DNA of 63,701 bases, the filler included, from Reclinomonas americana ATCC 50394 (lineage: Eukaryota), in the NCBI GenBank assembly GCA_048213135.1. It is 15 parts of 15 records of this genome, joined end to end, with 100 filler letters (N's around TTAATTAATTAA, not from the genome) between each part and the next. Parts side by side here need not be neighbours in the genome. Positions count along the whole stretch, not along the records: positions 51,690 to 53,364 come from AFZH01020186.1; positions 53,465 to 54,515 come from AFZH01020187.1; positions 54,616 to 58,998 come from AFZH01020188.1; positions 59,099 to 61,221 come from AFZH01020189.1; positions 61,322 to 62,415 come from AFZH01020194.1; positions 62,516 to 63,701 come from AFZH01020204.1; 9 more parts are not named here. One strand, 5' to 3'. Positions within the stretch are counted from its first letter, which is position 1. The number at the start of each line of letters is the position of its first letter. The position numbers were made by a program, and so were the translations under genes. Positions 52,417 through 63,701 of this stretch are shown one piece after another. The notes beneath the pieces are model-generated. The model made no database searches and was not told the origin of the DNA. It saw only the letters and a list, made by a program, of their open reading frames with translations.

Positions 52417-53465
52417 TGTATGATGCACGACGATGAACCCTGTGTGCATGAAAGCCCAGGTGTTGAATGAAGACAACCTCTCTGATCATGACTGAAGGCA
52501 AACCATGATGATTCTGCACTTTGATCTCTCCCAGTGCCCGCTGCGTCACACCACTGCATCACCCCGCGCGCCCTCTCTTGTGCTACAAGCAGGACTGCTC
52601 CTGCAGCTGCCGCGCGCCTCGCACGCGCGTGTCTCATCGCATGCATGTGCACACACTCGCAGACTGTCTCACACTACTGATGACACATCGTCGCCTGTTT
52701 CTCGCGTGTGTGCACGTGCGTGTGCGGATGCGCCAGCGTTCCTCAGTTCTCTCCCCCTCTGTGCCTCCCAACTCTGTCGTGCACCTCACCGCGCGCGTGT
52801 GCGTCGCTGTGACGTCCGACGATGCATACTGTGTTTAATGTACAGTGCCACCGAACGTGCACTGGTGCAAGCCAGCTGTTCCTTGTTTGCCGATGAGAGA
52901 ATGCACTGGCGGCAGAGACGCCAGTGTTCTCCTCAGGCGACTTTCTGCGTTGCCTGCATTCGAATTCATCATGCCCAGCAGCGCGCGGCGTCGGCTGTCA
53001 TAAAAGTGCAATCGCACACACTTCACTTGCACACTTGGTCACTTTCTCGTGCACGTGTTAGTACTTCACCCACGGGTACACACGAGCACACCAGCAAGTG
53101 TGTCGCTGCACATCAGAATCATCGGTTTTTGCACATCCGGGTCACTCTCCTCCATCATGATATCATGGAAAATGTTGACTGACGGCCAGAGCAGTACCTG
53201 TTGCCACGCATAGAGAGCAACAGAAAGGCAAGGCAGAATACGTGGACCGCTTACCAGTGAGAATGAAGCACTTCTTCACTTGCCCCGCTCGCTTGTATGT
53301 GGCACTAGAGACGCCATTGGCAATCTTGTCTTCTAACCCTCCCTTTTCTCATACCACCTCCCCCNNNNNNNNNNNNNNNNNNNNNNNNNNNNNNNNNNNN
53401 NNNNNNNNTTAATTAATTAANNNNNNNNNNNNNNNNNNNNNNNNNNNNNNNNNNNNNNNNNNNNG

Positions 53466-53642
53466 CAGTGGCCGGGCGGTGGTCGTGTGAACGCGGCCAT
53501 GATGCGCTGGGCGCTACAAGGGCGCACCGATGACGACATTCGCGTGGTGGCTTGCGGACCTGCCGGTCTGCTGCACGCCGTCCATGAGTTGGTGACGTTG
53601 CATGGGTTGCCGCCGTCGGTGTACGTGGAACTCGACGCATGA
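53466..53642 (+). CDS. C-terminal fragment of a ferredoxin-reductase-like (cytochrome b5 reductase type) NAD-binding domain
   Basis: GRVNAAMM...IRVVACGPAGLL...LHGL matches the GR-x...CGP-x-x motif of FNR-family enzymes. Confidence 0.65.
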   Translation, partial: QWPGGGRVNAAMMRWALQGRTDDDIRVVACGPAGLLHAVHELVTLHGLPPSVYVELDA

Positions 53643-53739
53643 GAAGAGAGCGGCGCTTGCGAAACAAGATTTTTCCCCGCATCCTTTACTAACACCCACC
53701 CACCCCACGCTATTATATTGTATTGTTACGCCTAGATTG

Positions 53740-54515
53740 CCGTTGGTGACCGTTGTGTTTGGTAGGCCACAGTTTCCCACACCTGAGTGGTGGTGAGCGA
53801 GGAGCAAAGCGGCGATAAGGGAAAGAGAGAGTGTGGTGCAGGGCGCACCGGATTACTCCAATACTGGCCTGACCCGTGAGCGGAGCTGGCATACGACATG
53901 GGCACGCGAGACTCCGACGTGTGGTCAGTCGACGAGGAGATGGTTCCGAGTGGGGGCGCCGGACCGAGCTGTGAGTGTGTGTGTGTGCGTGAGACGGAGG
54001 AGGCGCAGCATGACATTTTCTTGCAACACACACACACAAACCAGAGCGGCCTTGTCGATGCTGGTCACCGGTGGTCTTCGCAGCAGGAGCACGACCACGA
54101 TAAACGCCAAATTACCGCTGCAGGCGAGCGCGAAATGTGCGGCCGAAGAGTACGCCCACGACTCGCCCATGACAAATGCCACCAGATTCACAATCAGACT
54201 GCACATTCAACTTGGTTAGTTGACGGCTGTGGCGGTGGCATTCATGTCGCCACTCCCCGACGCAACATGGTCTGGTACACGAAAAAGAACGAGCTGCAAG
54301 TGACGGTCTTCAGCAGCACATTGCGCGTGGCACTGGCCCGCAAAGCCACGTGCGAGCACGTCAAGTAGACCACCACGGTTCCTGTGCGCGCAGTGAGTGA
54401 ATCCGCTCACTTACAGACTCTCCATGTATGAACACACACACACACACACACACACCAGCGAGGATGATCTCCAGCAGCACGAGGCCGAGAAGACTCTGTG
54501 AAGGACAAGTGCGAT
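53740..54515 (-). CDS. Hypothetical membrane protein, internal/3' exons
   Basis: Hydrophobic exon SLIVNLVAFVMGESWAY..LAFIVVVLLL with flanking introns. Confidence 0.35.
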
Positions 54516-55232
54516 NNNNNNNNNNNNNNNNNNNNNNNNNNNNNNNNNNNNNNNNNNNNTTAATTAATTAANNNNNNNNNNNNNNNNNNNNNNNNNNNNN
54601 NNNNNNNNNNNNNNNGCTGGTGTATTATCGTTGCAAGGGCCACTGACGGAGGCGAGGTGAGTGGTGGAGGAGACAAGTGTGTGTGTGTGAGAGAGAGTGT
54701 GTGTGCAACATAAGCCGAGTATGCAGGCCAGCACATCGACCACTGCGTGATGCTGTGAGTGGCACAGAGGGAGGGAAGGGGGTGATGCATGTAGGGGGGA
54801 AAAGTGCACCGATAAAGACACTTCGACAGGGGAAGCCGCCCATCGTGCCTTGTCTTCTCGCACAGTCCTCTCTTTTTGTATGCGATCAATTCCGACAATC
54901 CGAACACACGCGGACCACTCGGCTCTGCATGCTGGGAAGCCCCTGCACTGCTTTTTCAAGAGTAGTGCCGTGTGTGAGTGCATATCTTGGTGAGCCTAGG
55001 CCTCGTTCAACGATATTTAGTTTGGTTTTTCGTGAACACGAACGATATTGCCATTGCGACGTCGACCCAAGCTCTGCAGTTGTCGGCTGTGTCTGGTGTT
55101 CACTCTGTGCTCACGAGGATACGCCGAGAAAGCTGCTGCTGCTGTTGCTGTGCTGAACTTGCCCCCGTACTTGTACATCTTGCTTTATTAATGGTGCAGC
55201 ACCTCGCAAAGACCGTGGCATTCAGCTGCAGA

Positions 55233-57644
55233 TTACACCTGGTCCGCACGATTCACGCTAAATTCAACGTTGGTCCCCGGTGCGCCTTGGTACGCATGCT
55301 GCTCTGCCAGTGACGCCTCAATGGCCCTCGCGAGTTGATCCTCCTCCGCCTGTTGATTCGCCGGCACTGGCGCAATGTCCTCCCCTCGTGGTGCCGCTTC
55401 AATGCCACCTCCTCCTGCCGCTGGTGGCACCGCATCGGCGGGAGCGTTGACTCCTTGCTCCGCCGCCACAGCGGCCTCAAGAGCCGCCCTCTCATCGGCT
55501 TCCCGCTGGGACTTCTCTCGCAGCTTCCGCCGCCACTCCGGTTCCACCTTGTAGCGGTCACGCTCTTGCTCCGCCGCGTACTCGCGGCTGCTGTCGGAGC
55601 ACCCACCGGCATGCATTGCCCGGACCAGCCACACTGCCAACTCCTTCCACGGAAGGATGAACGCATGAGAGCGCTTGTACGTCCAGCTCCAGTAGGCCGA
55701 CTTGCCGAAACCCAGGGGGAAACCGGCAAAAGCAGTCACGGCGAGGACGCCGATGCCTGCGCACATGGCGAATGGCATGCCAACCAACCTACGACCACAG
55801 CGATAGGGAAGGAGAGGAATTTAGCTGCATTGGAGCAGGCACGTACGACAGCGAACTCACCAAGGCACAAAGCAGCACGCATGCAGCAACGTGCAGCGGT
55901 CATGGCAGAAAAACTTGACGTAATGATACGTGGCACGCACGGAGATTGGCACGAGGAATGCTATGGCAAGCACGAGGCCGCCGACGGCGAGAATGATGCC
56001 ACCGTAGAGGCCGAAGAACAGCGAGAAGAACATGTCAATGAGCGATGTGTCAAACGGAATCTGCATGCAGGGTAAGCAGAAGCTTCTCCGATGCGCTGCA
56101 GAGGCCATTGTTGGTGTGCCAAACCTCTCCAGGCCCCAGTGGCCGGTCCCGAAAGTTAATCATGGAGCGTTGCAGCTCTTCGCGCATGACTCTGTCAAAG
56201 TATTTGACCCATTCCCAAGTCATCTGCCCCGCAGCCGCAGTGCAGAGTCAGCAGGCAGAGAAAGACTGACTGATGAGTAGGAAAAGAACAGAGAGCCATC
56301 TTCAACTTGTGCACCCCCGAGTGACGGCTATGGAAGAGAAGGAAGAATGGAAAAGAGGTGCAGGGGAGGAGAGGGGAGGCTCGAGAGAGGACAGCATTGG
56401 GTGACACCAAGGCGGCGTACACCTGCTGCCATTGCGAGATCATGTTGCCGACACCAGAGCGGTGAAGAGGACGATGACGAGCACACAGAACCACACACCG
56501 GCGATGCCCGACAAGGTAGAGTGAGAGAGAGAGGGAGGGAGAAGAAAGAGAAAGAGAGACAGAGTGAGAGAGACAGAGAAAAGGAGACAGAGAGGGAGGG
56601 AGGCAGGGGGAGACTTCACAACTCAGCTTCGAAGCCACTGCAGCTGCTCTGCACTGCCCCACCACCCCGTTACCCTTCCCTTCCGCGCTCACCTTGGCAG
56701 GGAACGTGAATGTCTCTGTCGGCAAGCAAGCAGCGCATTGTGAGACAATCAGGGGGCAACACGAGGCACCGCTTCAACCACGCACGCACCACATCGATCG
56801 CTGTTGCTCGGCTGATCCCATGTGACGAAAACAAAGCGGACGACCGGGGCAAACAGAGCAAATAGCACAAAGCACAGCACAACCAGTCCGAGCGCCAGCG
56901 GCGGGACTGCCAACAAGGGAATCGGCAGGAACAGACAGGCCTTGACTTTGGTGTCTGCGCCACATCATCGCATGCTGCCTGAGTCAACAAACACAACGTG
57001 CGGCTTCTCGCAGCGGCGCGTGATCGGCAAACTCACTTGGTCCCCACTGTCTGCAAAAAGGATGAATGTCAGAGAGGTTGCCGTGTGACAGACCAACCGA
57101 CAGCGAGCCGTAACTCAACTTGGTATGAACGACCGCTGAGTAAGCATAGCTGCAGATGAAGTGAAGTGTAATAAGTTTAATAGAACACAAAAACCGAACA
57201 ATCATCACTCTCTCTCTCTCCCCTTGCACACACACACACACACACACACACACTTTCGCACACAGTCTCTCTCTCTCTCTCCCTATGCAGACACGCAACT
57301 ACACGGTCATTGGCAGCGCCACAATCACCGAGAACAGGTTTGCCAAGAGCACAAAGACAGTCAGTGGCGCCATGATTACAGCACCCTCGGCCACCAACAC
57401 TGGCGCAATCAGCAGCCGGCCTATGAAGATGACAGGGTTGCGGCCAGCTGCGTGAAAGAGAGAGAGAGGTGTGAGAATGCATGTCGAGGTCCGTCTGCTT
57501 CATGCATGTAGATATATCGAAACTGGGCACTTTGCAGCCCATGGCGCACATCACGCTGAACATGGAGAAGTAGTAGAGGCCGACCAGCGAGATGCCGGTC
57601 CAAAAGAGGCCGTTTTGCCAGGCCTCTTCAAAAGGCACCACCAT
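55233..57644 (-). CDS. Multi-pass membrane protein with a C-terminal ubiquitin-interacting motif (UIM), multi-exon
   Basis: Several hydrophobic exons (GLFWTGISLVGLYYF; FFGLYGGIILAVGGLVLAIAFLV; GIGVLAVTAFAGFPLG) and EEDQLARAIEASLAEQ near the C-terminus. Confidence 0.6.
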
Positions 57645-58037
57645 GGCTGGCTGCCGGCCTGAATGCTGCCGAAGGTGCAGGCAGGACAGCCTTCGCAACC
57701 TTTTGTGCGACGGAGGTGGTGTACAACTCGAGCGGATCGACCATCTGTGGCACGAGGGTTAACACCACTCTGTCCACTGATGCGCTCTCCACGCGGCCAC
57801 GGCCGGCTTCGCGATCGACGTTGATATCGACGTCCATGGAAGCTTAAAATTAAGAATGAATTCGAATTCGAAGACTGAAGGGAATCTCCGCCTCCATTCC
57901 TGTACTTATTATCATTTCTAGTAGAAAAAAAGAAGGATACCTCTCCCCGACGAGCCCACCATAAACGTCGGAGTGAACGTTACAAATTTGCACTCGCTGC
58001 GCTGGGGACAACTCACAAGTCCGTCTGTCGGCGAGAA

Positions 58038-58858
58038 ATGACGTGCGCACTGCGTGTTTCTTTGCCACGCACCATCCACCTGCTTCTTCTCCCACTTATA
58101 TGTGCTCCTTTAGCAGTGCACCTCGCGCTCACAGGAAGAAGGCGTGCTATCTCGCGGGAGACGGCGACCTGCGGAGGCTGCGCGAGATTGTGGCGCACGA
58201 GGGCGCACACACTCTGCTCAAATACGAGGAGATGGTCTCTGGCTGGTCGGCATTTCACTATGCCGCCATGCAAGGTCGTCTCAGCGTGCTGGAGTATTTG
58301 TGGGCGGAAAGTGGCGTCGGCGAACAACTGGCACAAGTGGTGGCCAACGGTGGGTGGACACCGCTGATCATTGCTTCGATGACTGGGCGTGTGCACGTGG
58401 TGGAATGGTTGCTCGCCGACGAGCGACGATGTTCAAAGGAGATGGCGTTGGCAGCTACCTGCGAGGGAGCCCTCGATGTGCAGCACACTGCGTTGCATTA
58501 CGCTGCCAGAGCGGGCCGCTTCGATGTTGTGCGACTCCTCGCCACCCGCATACCCGACCTCATTCCAATGGTCACCGACAGCGGGATGACGGCCGCGGAC
58601 TTGGCGTTCATCGAGCGCAAGCACCATGTTGCGGAGCTGCTCGAGTGTCTCGAGATTTCTCTGCGCGCTCAACAGGATCTCGAGTGCACGCGAGCGGCTC
58701 TGCGTGCGGTACATGAGATGCAGCAGGAGGGAGAGGAGGGCCTGCGATGCTTGGTGGAGATTGTGCTGCGCTGCTTCCTGGTCGAGGATGCTGAGGTCGT
58801 TGTTCATCGATGTCGTGCCGTCGACTGTGATGAGAGCAGATTGTTGCGTGCTGGATGA
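58038..58858 (+). CDS. Ankyrin-repeat protein (probable 5-nt first exon ATGAC, intron 58043-58134)
   Basis: GWSAFHYAAMQGRLSVLEYL, GWTPLIIASMTGRVHVVEWLL, HTALHYAARAGRFDVVRLL, GMTAADLA. Confidence 0.88.
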
Positions 58859-59166
58859 TGAGGTCTTCTTTCTGTCAGACTCTGGTACATGTTCACTCTC
58901 GGTGTCTCGCCGACGATGAGTGCGGCGGGAATAGTCAGTTGCACGGCATAGACGAGGTCTTCTCTCTCTCTCTCACACACACACACGTAGCACAACTCNN
59001 NNNNNNNNNNNNNNNNNNNNNNNNNNNNNNNNNNNNNNNNNNTTAATTAATTAANNNNNNNNNNNNNNNNNNNNNNNNNNNNNNNNNNNNNNNNNNNNTT
59101 CACCAACAATAAGTGACGTACACGTAACGTGTTAGTTGCCAGATGGAATGCTGTTGTCTTTCTCTC

Positions 59167-59204
<38 letters not shown>

Positions 59205-59455
59205 CGTTTCGAACTCAGCTTTCATATCTGCGGCAGCCACTCGTTTTCAGTAGCCATTTGGCATGCTCACCTCGTCTTTTCCCGCACAGCTGTCGGCCGG
59301 AAAGCGAAACATTGATAGAAGACGATGATGAAGAATACTGACTGGCGAAGAAGGCAAGCGAGGAGGTTTGCACGTGTTGTTGTTACAAAAAGAATGGTAG
59401 GTTACCCCACTCACGCAGGCACGTTTTTGCAGGCTGCAATGGTGATCGTATCGCA

Positions 59456-60149
59456 TCATTGAGCGCAACGCGGGGGAGTCGAGGAACTGCGCGTGGTTGT
59501 CGTTCTCACCTCACCGCCGCCAGCCGTCGCTGCTCGTCGTGCGCGCGTGCAGTCTCTGGTGAACACGCCTTCCTCACTCCTCCTGCACCGCATTCGCGAT
59601 CGGTTGGCGCTCTTGCAACTGCTGTCGCGGCGCCACGGGGCACGGCGGCTGACGAAGATCGCAACGGGCCACGCAGCCATCCGGCCACGCGTTCGTTTGC
59701 GGATCCCTGACACACAGGCATCGCGAACAGTACCACAAGTCGCAACTTCGACAAGGCAACGCTGCATCCTGGTCGACGTGCTCTATACACAACCATGCAC
59801 GCACGCAGCGCTGCATGAGAACACACACAGAGGGACGGAGAGAGAGACACACACAAGTGCTCGCCTATGATGCTCTCGGGATCGAGACAAACCGGGCAGA
59901 CGCGCATCGACGGCACCAGCTCGTCCTCAGGTCTAATAAACGGCCAGATGCGCTGTACGACGGAAGGTGGTTAGAGGATCTCACGAGACAGAGCGATCGC
60001 AAGTATTTAAAGAGAGGCACCTTGCTCTCGCATTCTTGAAGCCAGGCGTTGACCATCGCTGCTCAACAAACGCACAAGATGAGACACACACATGCACAGA
60101 CACGCGCGATAGAGAGCACACCTCGATCCACGCGCTCGTTGTTTGCCAT
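59456..60149 (-). CDS. Hypothetical Cys-containing protein (CPVC motif), multi-exon; structure uncertain
   Basis: Exons MANNERVDR|AMVNAWLQECESK|RIWPFIRPEDELVPSMRVCPVCLD; downstream frame unresolved. Confidence 0.3.
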
Positions 60150-60234
60150 GTTTTATGTTGACTGACGAAGTACAAGTTGTCAGCTGCAGGCGGACGGACA
60201 CACGTGCACAACACATTCATTTTGTATTTTGATT

Positions 60235-61135
60235 ATGAGTGAGGAGGCGCTTTCTCGTGAGCAACAGCGTGCGTTTGTGGATGAGCTGTTGGCGGTGGCG
60301 GGCAATGAACGGTGTGCGGATTGTGGAGCAGCGCAACCGAGGTGGTTGAGCGTGAACTTGGTGAGTGTGGACGAGAAGGGAGGGAGGGAGGGAGAGGGAG
60401 AGAGAGGGGAGGGCGGGGGGAGAAGGGAGGGAAGAGTGATGATAGTGATTGCATTGCATTAGTGATTGAGTTCGAGCTCTCACTCTCTCTCTACCTCTCT
60501 CTGTCACTGCCTTCAAAGATGTCTCTGTTGTCTCTCACTCCCACACACTCTCTCTTTCTCACCTTTCTCTCTCTCTCTCTCTCTCTCTGTGGACACCTCT
60601 CTGACAGCACCGTAGTGTCTCTTCTCAGTCACCGCATGCAAACCTCGCCCTCACTCTCTCTCCAGCGATTGAGAAGAGAGAGAGAGAAGAATGAGTGAGA
60701 AAGAAAAGAGTGAGAGTGTGAGTGAGAGAGGTCACTGAATGCAGTGACTGAGGAGGCACTGCGATGGTGTCTGAGAGAGAGAAAGAGATTGAAGTCATTG
60801 AACGCAGCGACTGAGACGATGCTGTCCAGTGGTGAGTAGAGAGAGGATGGCTGAGAGGCATTCAATGACCTCTCGTTCTCCTCTCCTTCTTCTAATTCTC
60901 CTGTCACCTTCTCTCTCTCTCTTCTCCCCCCACAGGGCATCACCCTCTGCATCGCCTGCGCCGGCGTGCACCGCAGCATGGGTGTGCACGTCAGCAAGGT
61001 CCGCAGCATGAACCTCGACTCGATCACTGTCGAGCACGAGAAGCAGCTGCGACAAGTCGGCAACACGCGCGCCAACAGCAACCCCGAGGTGGTGGCTCGC
61101 CTGGTGGGCGTCGAGCAGCTCGACGCCAATGCACC
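60235..61135 (+). CDS. ArfGAP domain protein, N-terminal exons (intron 60361-60935)
   Basis: GNERCADCGAAQPRWLSVNL|GITLCIACAGVHRSMGVHVSKVRSMNLD..GNTRAN, the CxxC-x16-CxxC-x4-R signature. Confidence 0.93.
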
Positions 61136-61545
61136 TGCGTTGCGTCGCACTTCTTCTCGTTGTGTGTGTGTGCACTGCCTCCCACTCACTGTTTGTGTGC
61201 AGTGAGGTGCGTGACTCGTTCNNNNNNNNNNNNNNNNNNNNNNNNNNNNNNNNNNNNNNNNNNNNTTAATTAATTAANNNNNNNNNNNNNNNNNNNNNNN
61301 NNNNNNNNNNNNNNNNNNNNNGGTGTCTTGTGAGTGAGTGTGTGAGTGTGTGAGTGATATCCTCCCGGAATGTGCGACAAGCACAATCGTGTCTGGTCTT
61401 GTATATTGCTGACGGGCCAAAACTTTGACGCCCCCCTTTTTGCATTCGTTCCGCGACATTTCCCCCACGCACTCTTGTCTCGCCTTGTCTCCCCCTTCCG
61501 CTGCTCCCCTGCCGCACTGCTCACCCTGCGTGGTGCTCTACACAG

Positions 61546-61982
61546 GAAACCGGTGCCGGACCTGGGCACAATGAACGACATGCGGTACAGTCTGGGCTTC
61601 CTACTACCGTCGTCTCATCTCCCCATGGGGCGCTCGGCCACGTGCTTTGGCCACGCAGGCTACAACTGCACGCTGGTGTTTGTTGACCCAGAGAATGAGC
61701 TGGTGCGTGTGTGAGAGAGAGCAGAGAGCAGAGAAAGAGAGAGCGTGTGTGCTGACACTCCAGCATGTCCACACACAGGCGTTTGCATACACACCCAACC
61801 AGTTCGCCTCCTTTGTCGCCGGCTACAGCGAGGGCGGTGAGCCGCGGAGGCGAGTGCTTGTCGACGCTGTCTACGACTGTGTAGAGGCTATAATGCGGTC
61901 ATTATCGTCGTCGTCCACGACCACCACCGCTTCTTCATCGTCGTTTGCAATGTCGGCGGCGAGCAGTGGTGGTCGGCGGTAG
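61546..61982 (+). CDS. Beta-lactamase-related serine hydrolase (class C / family VIII esterase-like), C-terminal exons
   Basis: RYSLGF...FGHAGY..LVFVDPENEL|AFAYTPNQ, typical C-terminal motifs of the family. Confidence 0.75.
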
Positions 61983-62110
61983 AAGAGTGTCTCCTTTGCT
62001 CTATGTGTATGTGTCGTTTGCCTTATAAGAAGTCTATGTTGTGGTTGTATCGTTGGTCTTGCTGTCTTTCGCGACGAGGAAAAATGTAATAGCAGCACAG
62101 TTTCACTTTG

Positions 62111-62415
62111 TTATGACGGCGCCATCTCTTCCACTGGTGTGACGCGCTCTGCGTCGGCAGTCTTGCGCAGTCGGTCGACAAACCCACCCGCGTATGGCTT
62201 GCGGTGACTGCTGGCGGAACCGTGTCGTCGTCGTGCCTGGGCCCGCAGAGCCGGTGCGCCCATGACCGATGCTCTGTCGTGCATGGTCATCGGCGATGGT
62301 GTGAGGTCACCGCGCACTGGTGTGCGCCGCGCCTGCTGGTGCTGCTGGAAGAGCGCCAGCGCCGGTGAGCCGCGTACTGAAGGCGGAGACACGCCTCGCT
62401 CGTTCAAGTCCACAC
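62111..62415 (-). CDS. C-terminal exon of a hypothetical low-complexity protein
   Basis: Frame open from the contig edge to the stop at 62111; convergent with the upstream gene. Confidence 0.35.
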
Positions 62416-62518
62416 NNNNNNNNNNNNNNNNNNNNNNNNNNNNNNNNNNNNNNNNNNNNTTAATTAATTAANNNNNNNNNNNNNNNNNNNNNNNNNNNNN
62501 NNNNNNNNNNNNNNNGTC

Positions 62519-62519
<1 letters not shown>

Positions 62520-62590
<71 letters not shown>
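62520..62590. repeat. (CT)n microsatellite; similar CT/GA/GT tracts at 46340-46640, 51690-51760, 59170-59200
   Basis: Direct dinucleotide runs, often at contig ends. Confidence 0.95.
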
Positions 62591-62594
<4 letters not shown>

Positions 62595-63080
62595 CTCATT
62601 CACGGCGCACGTGCATGATCACGAGGTATATCACATCCTTCCATTCCGCGAGCCTGTGCTACACACTCGTGCCCTCGTTATTAAGTCTCCTGCACCTGGC
62701 ACGTGTCATTTGCATGCACTCGCCTTGGCCCTTTGTGCATGCAACCTCGTTCCCCTCGTTGCAAAATATCGTTCTACGCCTTCCGTTGTTGTATTCCCTT
62801 TCTTGCTTCCCTCTCCCCTCTTCCTATTCTTCTCCAAATCTCTATTCTCCCTTCCTCTTCCCTCTCCTCCCCTTCAACTGCTTCTCTTCCCTTACTCTTC
62901 CCTTCACCTCCCTACCCTCCCTTCTCCTCCCTACCCCTCCCTTCCTCTCTCATCCCCTCCTTCTTCTTTACCCTCTCCTTTCCTCCCCCTACCCCTTCCT
63001 TCCCCTTCCCTTCCCTTCCCCTCCGTTCCCCTCCCTTCCGCTCCCTTCCCCTCTCTCACCCTCCCTTCTCCTTTTCACAG

Positions 63081-63665
63081 CTCGTCGGCGGCTTCCTCAC
63101 CGACATTGCTCGCGGCCTGCTCTCCATCGCCGTCTTCGACCGCGAGGTCAACTGCCGTCGCGCCGCCGCCGCTGCCTTTCAAGAATGTGTGGGTCGTCAG
63201 GGCAACTTCCCCCACGGCATCGACATTGTCACGGCGGCCGATTATTTCACGCTGTCCAACCGCAACACGGCGTACCTCGAGATCTCCAAGTTTATTGCCC
63301 AGTTCGACGAGTATCGGCATCACCTGATTGACTTTGCCGTGGCGACCAAGTTGGTGCACTGGGATCGCCCGATTCGCGAACTCACCTCCCAGGCGCTGGC
63401 GCGTCTGTGCGACACCGATCCGCTGTACGTCAAGGGCGTCATGTTTTCGACGCTGGTGCGTGAATGTGCCACTCACGTGCTCTGGAGGAGTTTGTATGTC
63501 TGATCGTCTTCATTCGATGTGCAGATCAAGCAATGCTTCGACGCCGACTTGAGCATTCGCCACGGAGCCATTCTCGGTGTGGCGGAACTGATGCTGGCCC
63601 TGCGCCAGCTGTCGGTGGAGTTCACCGAGGAGGAGTTTGAGGAGCTGCGCGGCATTGTGCCCGAG
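63081..63665 (+). CDS. TBCD: Tubulin-specific chaperone D (cofactor D), internal exons
   Basis: AVFDREVNCRRAAAAAFQECVGRQGNFPHGIDIVTAADYF..KLVHWD..IRELTSQAL, then DLSIRHGAILGVAE. Confidence 0.95.
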
Positions 63666-63701
63666 GTTGGTAGAGAAAGAGGGAGAGAGAGAGAGCAGAG
63701 C

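Noticed and set aside
52420..53364. ORFs 52505-53182 and neighbours
   Set aside because: No motifs or consistent splice pattern; probably UTR or intergenic sequence.

Overview
The window is 15 contigs joined by 100-nt artificial linkers (N-run, TTAATTAATTAA, N-run), from two sources. Thirteen contigs (1-10401 and 36602-63701) are from an intron-rich unicellular eukaryote with short GT-AG introns and CT/GT microsatellites. They carry fragments of ordinary genes: an IRAK/RLK-like pseudokinase, MED14, dolichol kinase, METTL16, a TPR protein, a TTL-family protein, APC10, an F-BAR/2xSH3 protein, an ankyrin protein, ArfGAP, a beta-lactamase-family hydrolase and TBCD. Two adjacent contigs (10502-36501) are intronless, high-GC bacterial DNA (Alphaproteobacteria-like by impression, not established). 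They hold the most interesting element: a ~24.7-kb, tightly packed minus-strand operon. In order it encodes (A) a protein with a C-terminal Hint autoprocessing domain, (B) a >1300-aa FN3/Ig-like repeat protein split by the contig gap, (C) a 1200-aa unknown protein, (D,E) two tandem 489-aa DNase-I-like EEP enzymes and (F) a 4092-aa giant with three clusters of LysM-like repeats. The operon is bracketed by the two halves of a broken hipA gene in permuted order. I cannot match it to a named system; my inference is a large toxin-delivery or surface complex with EEP cargo. All calls come from reading motifs by eye; no database search was run, and eukaryotic exon boundaries are approximate.
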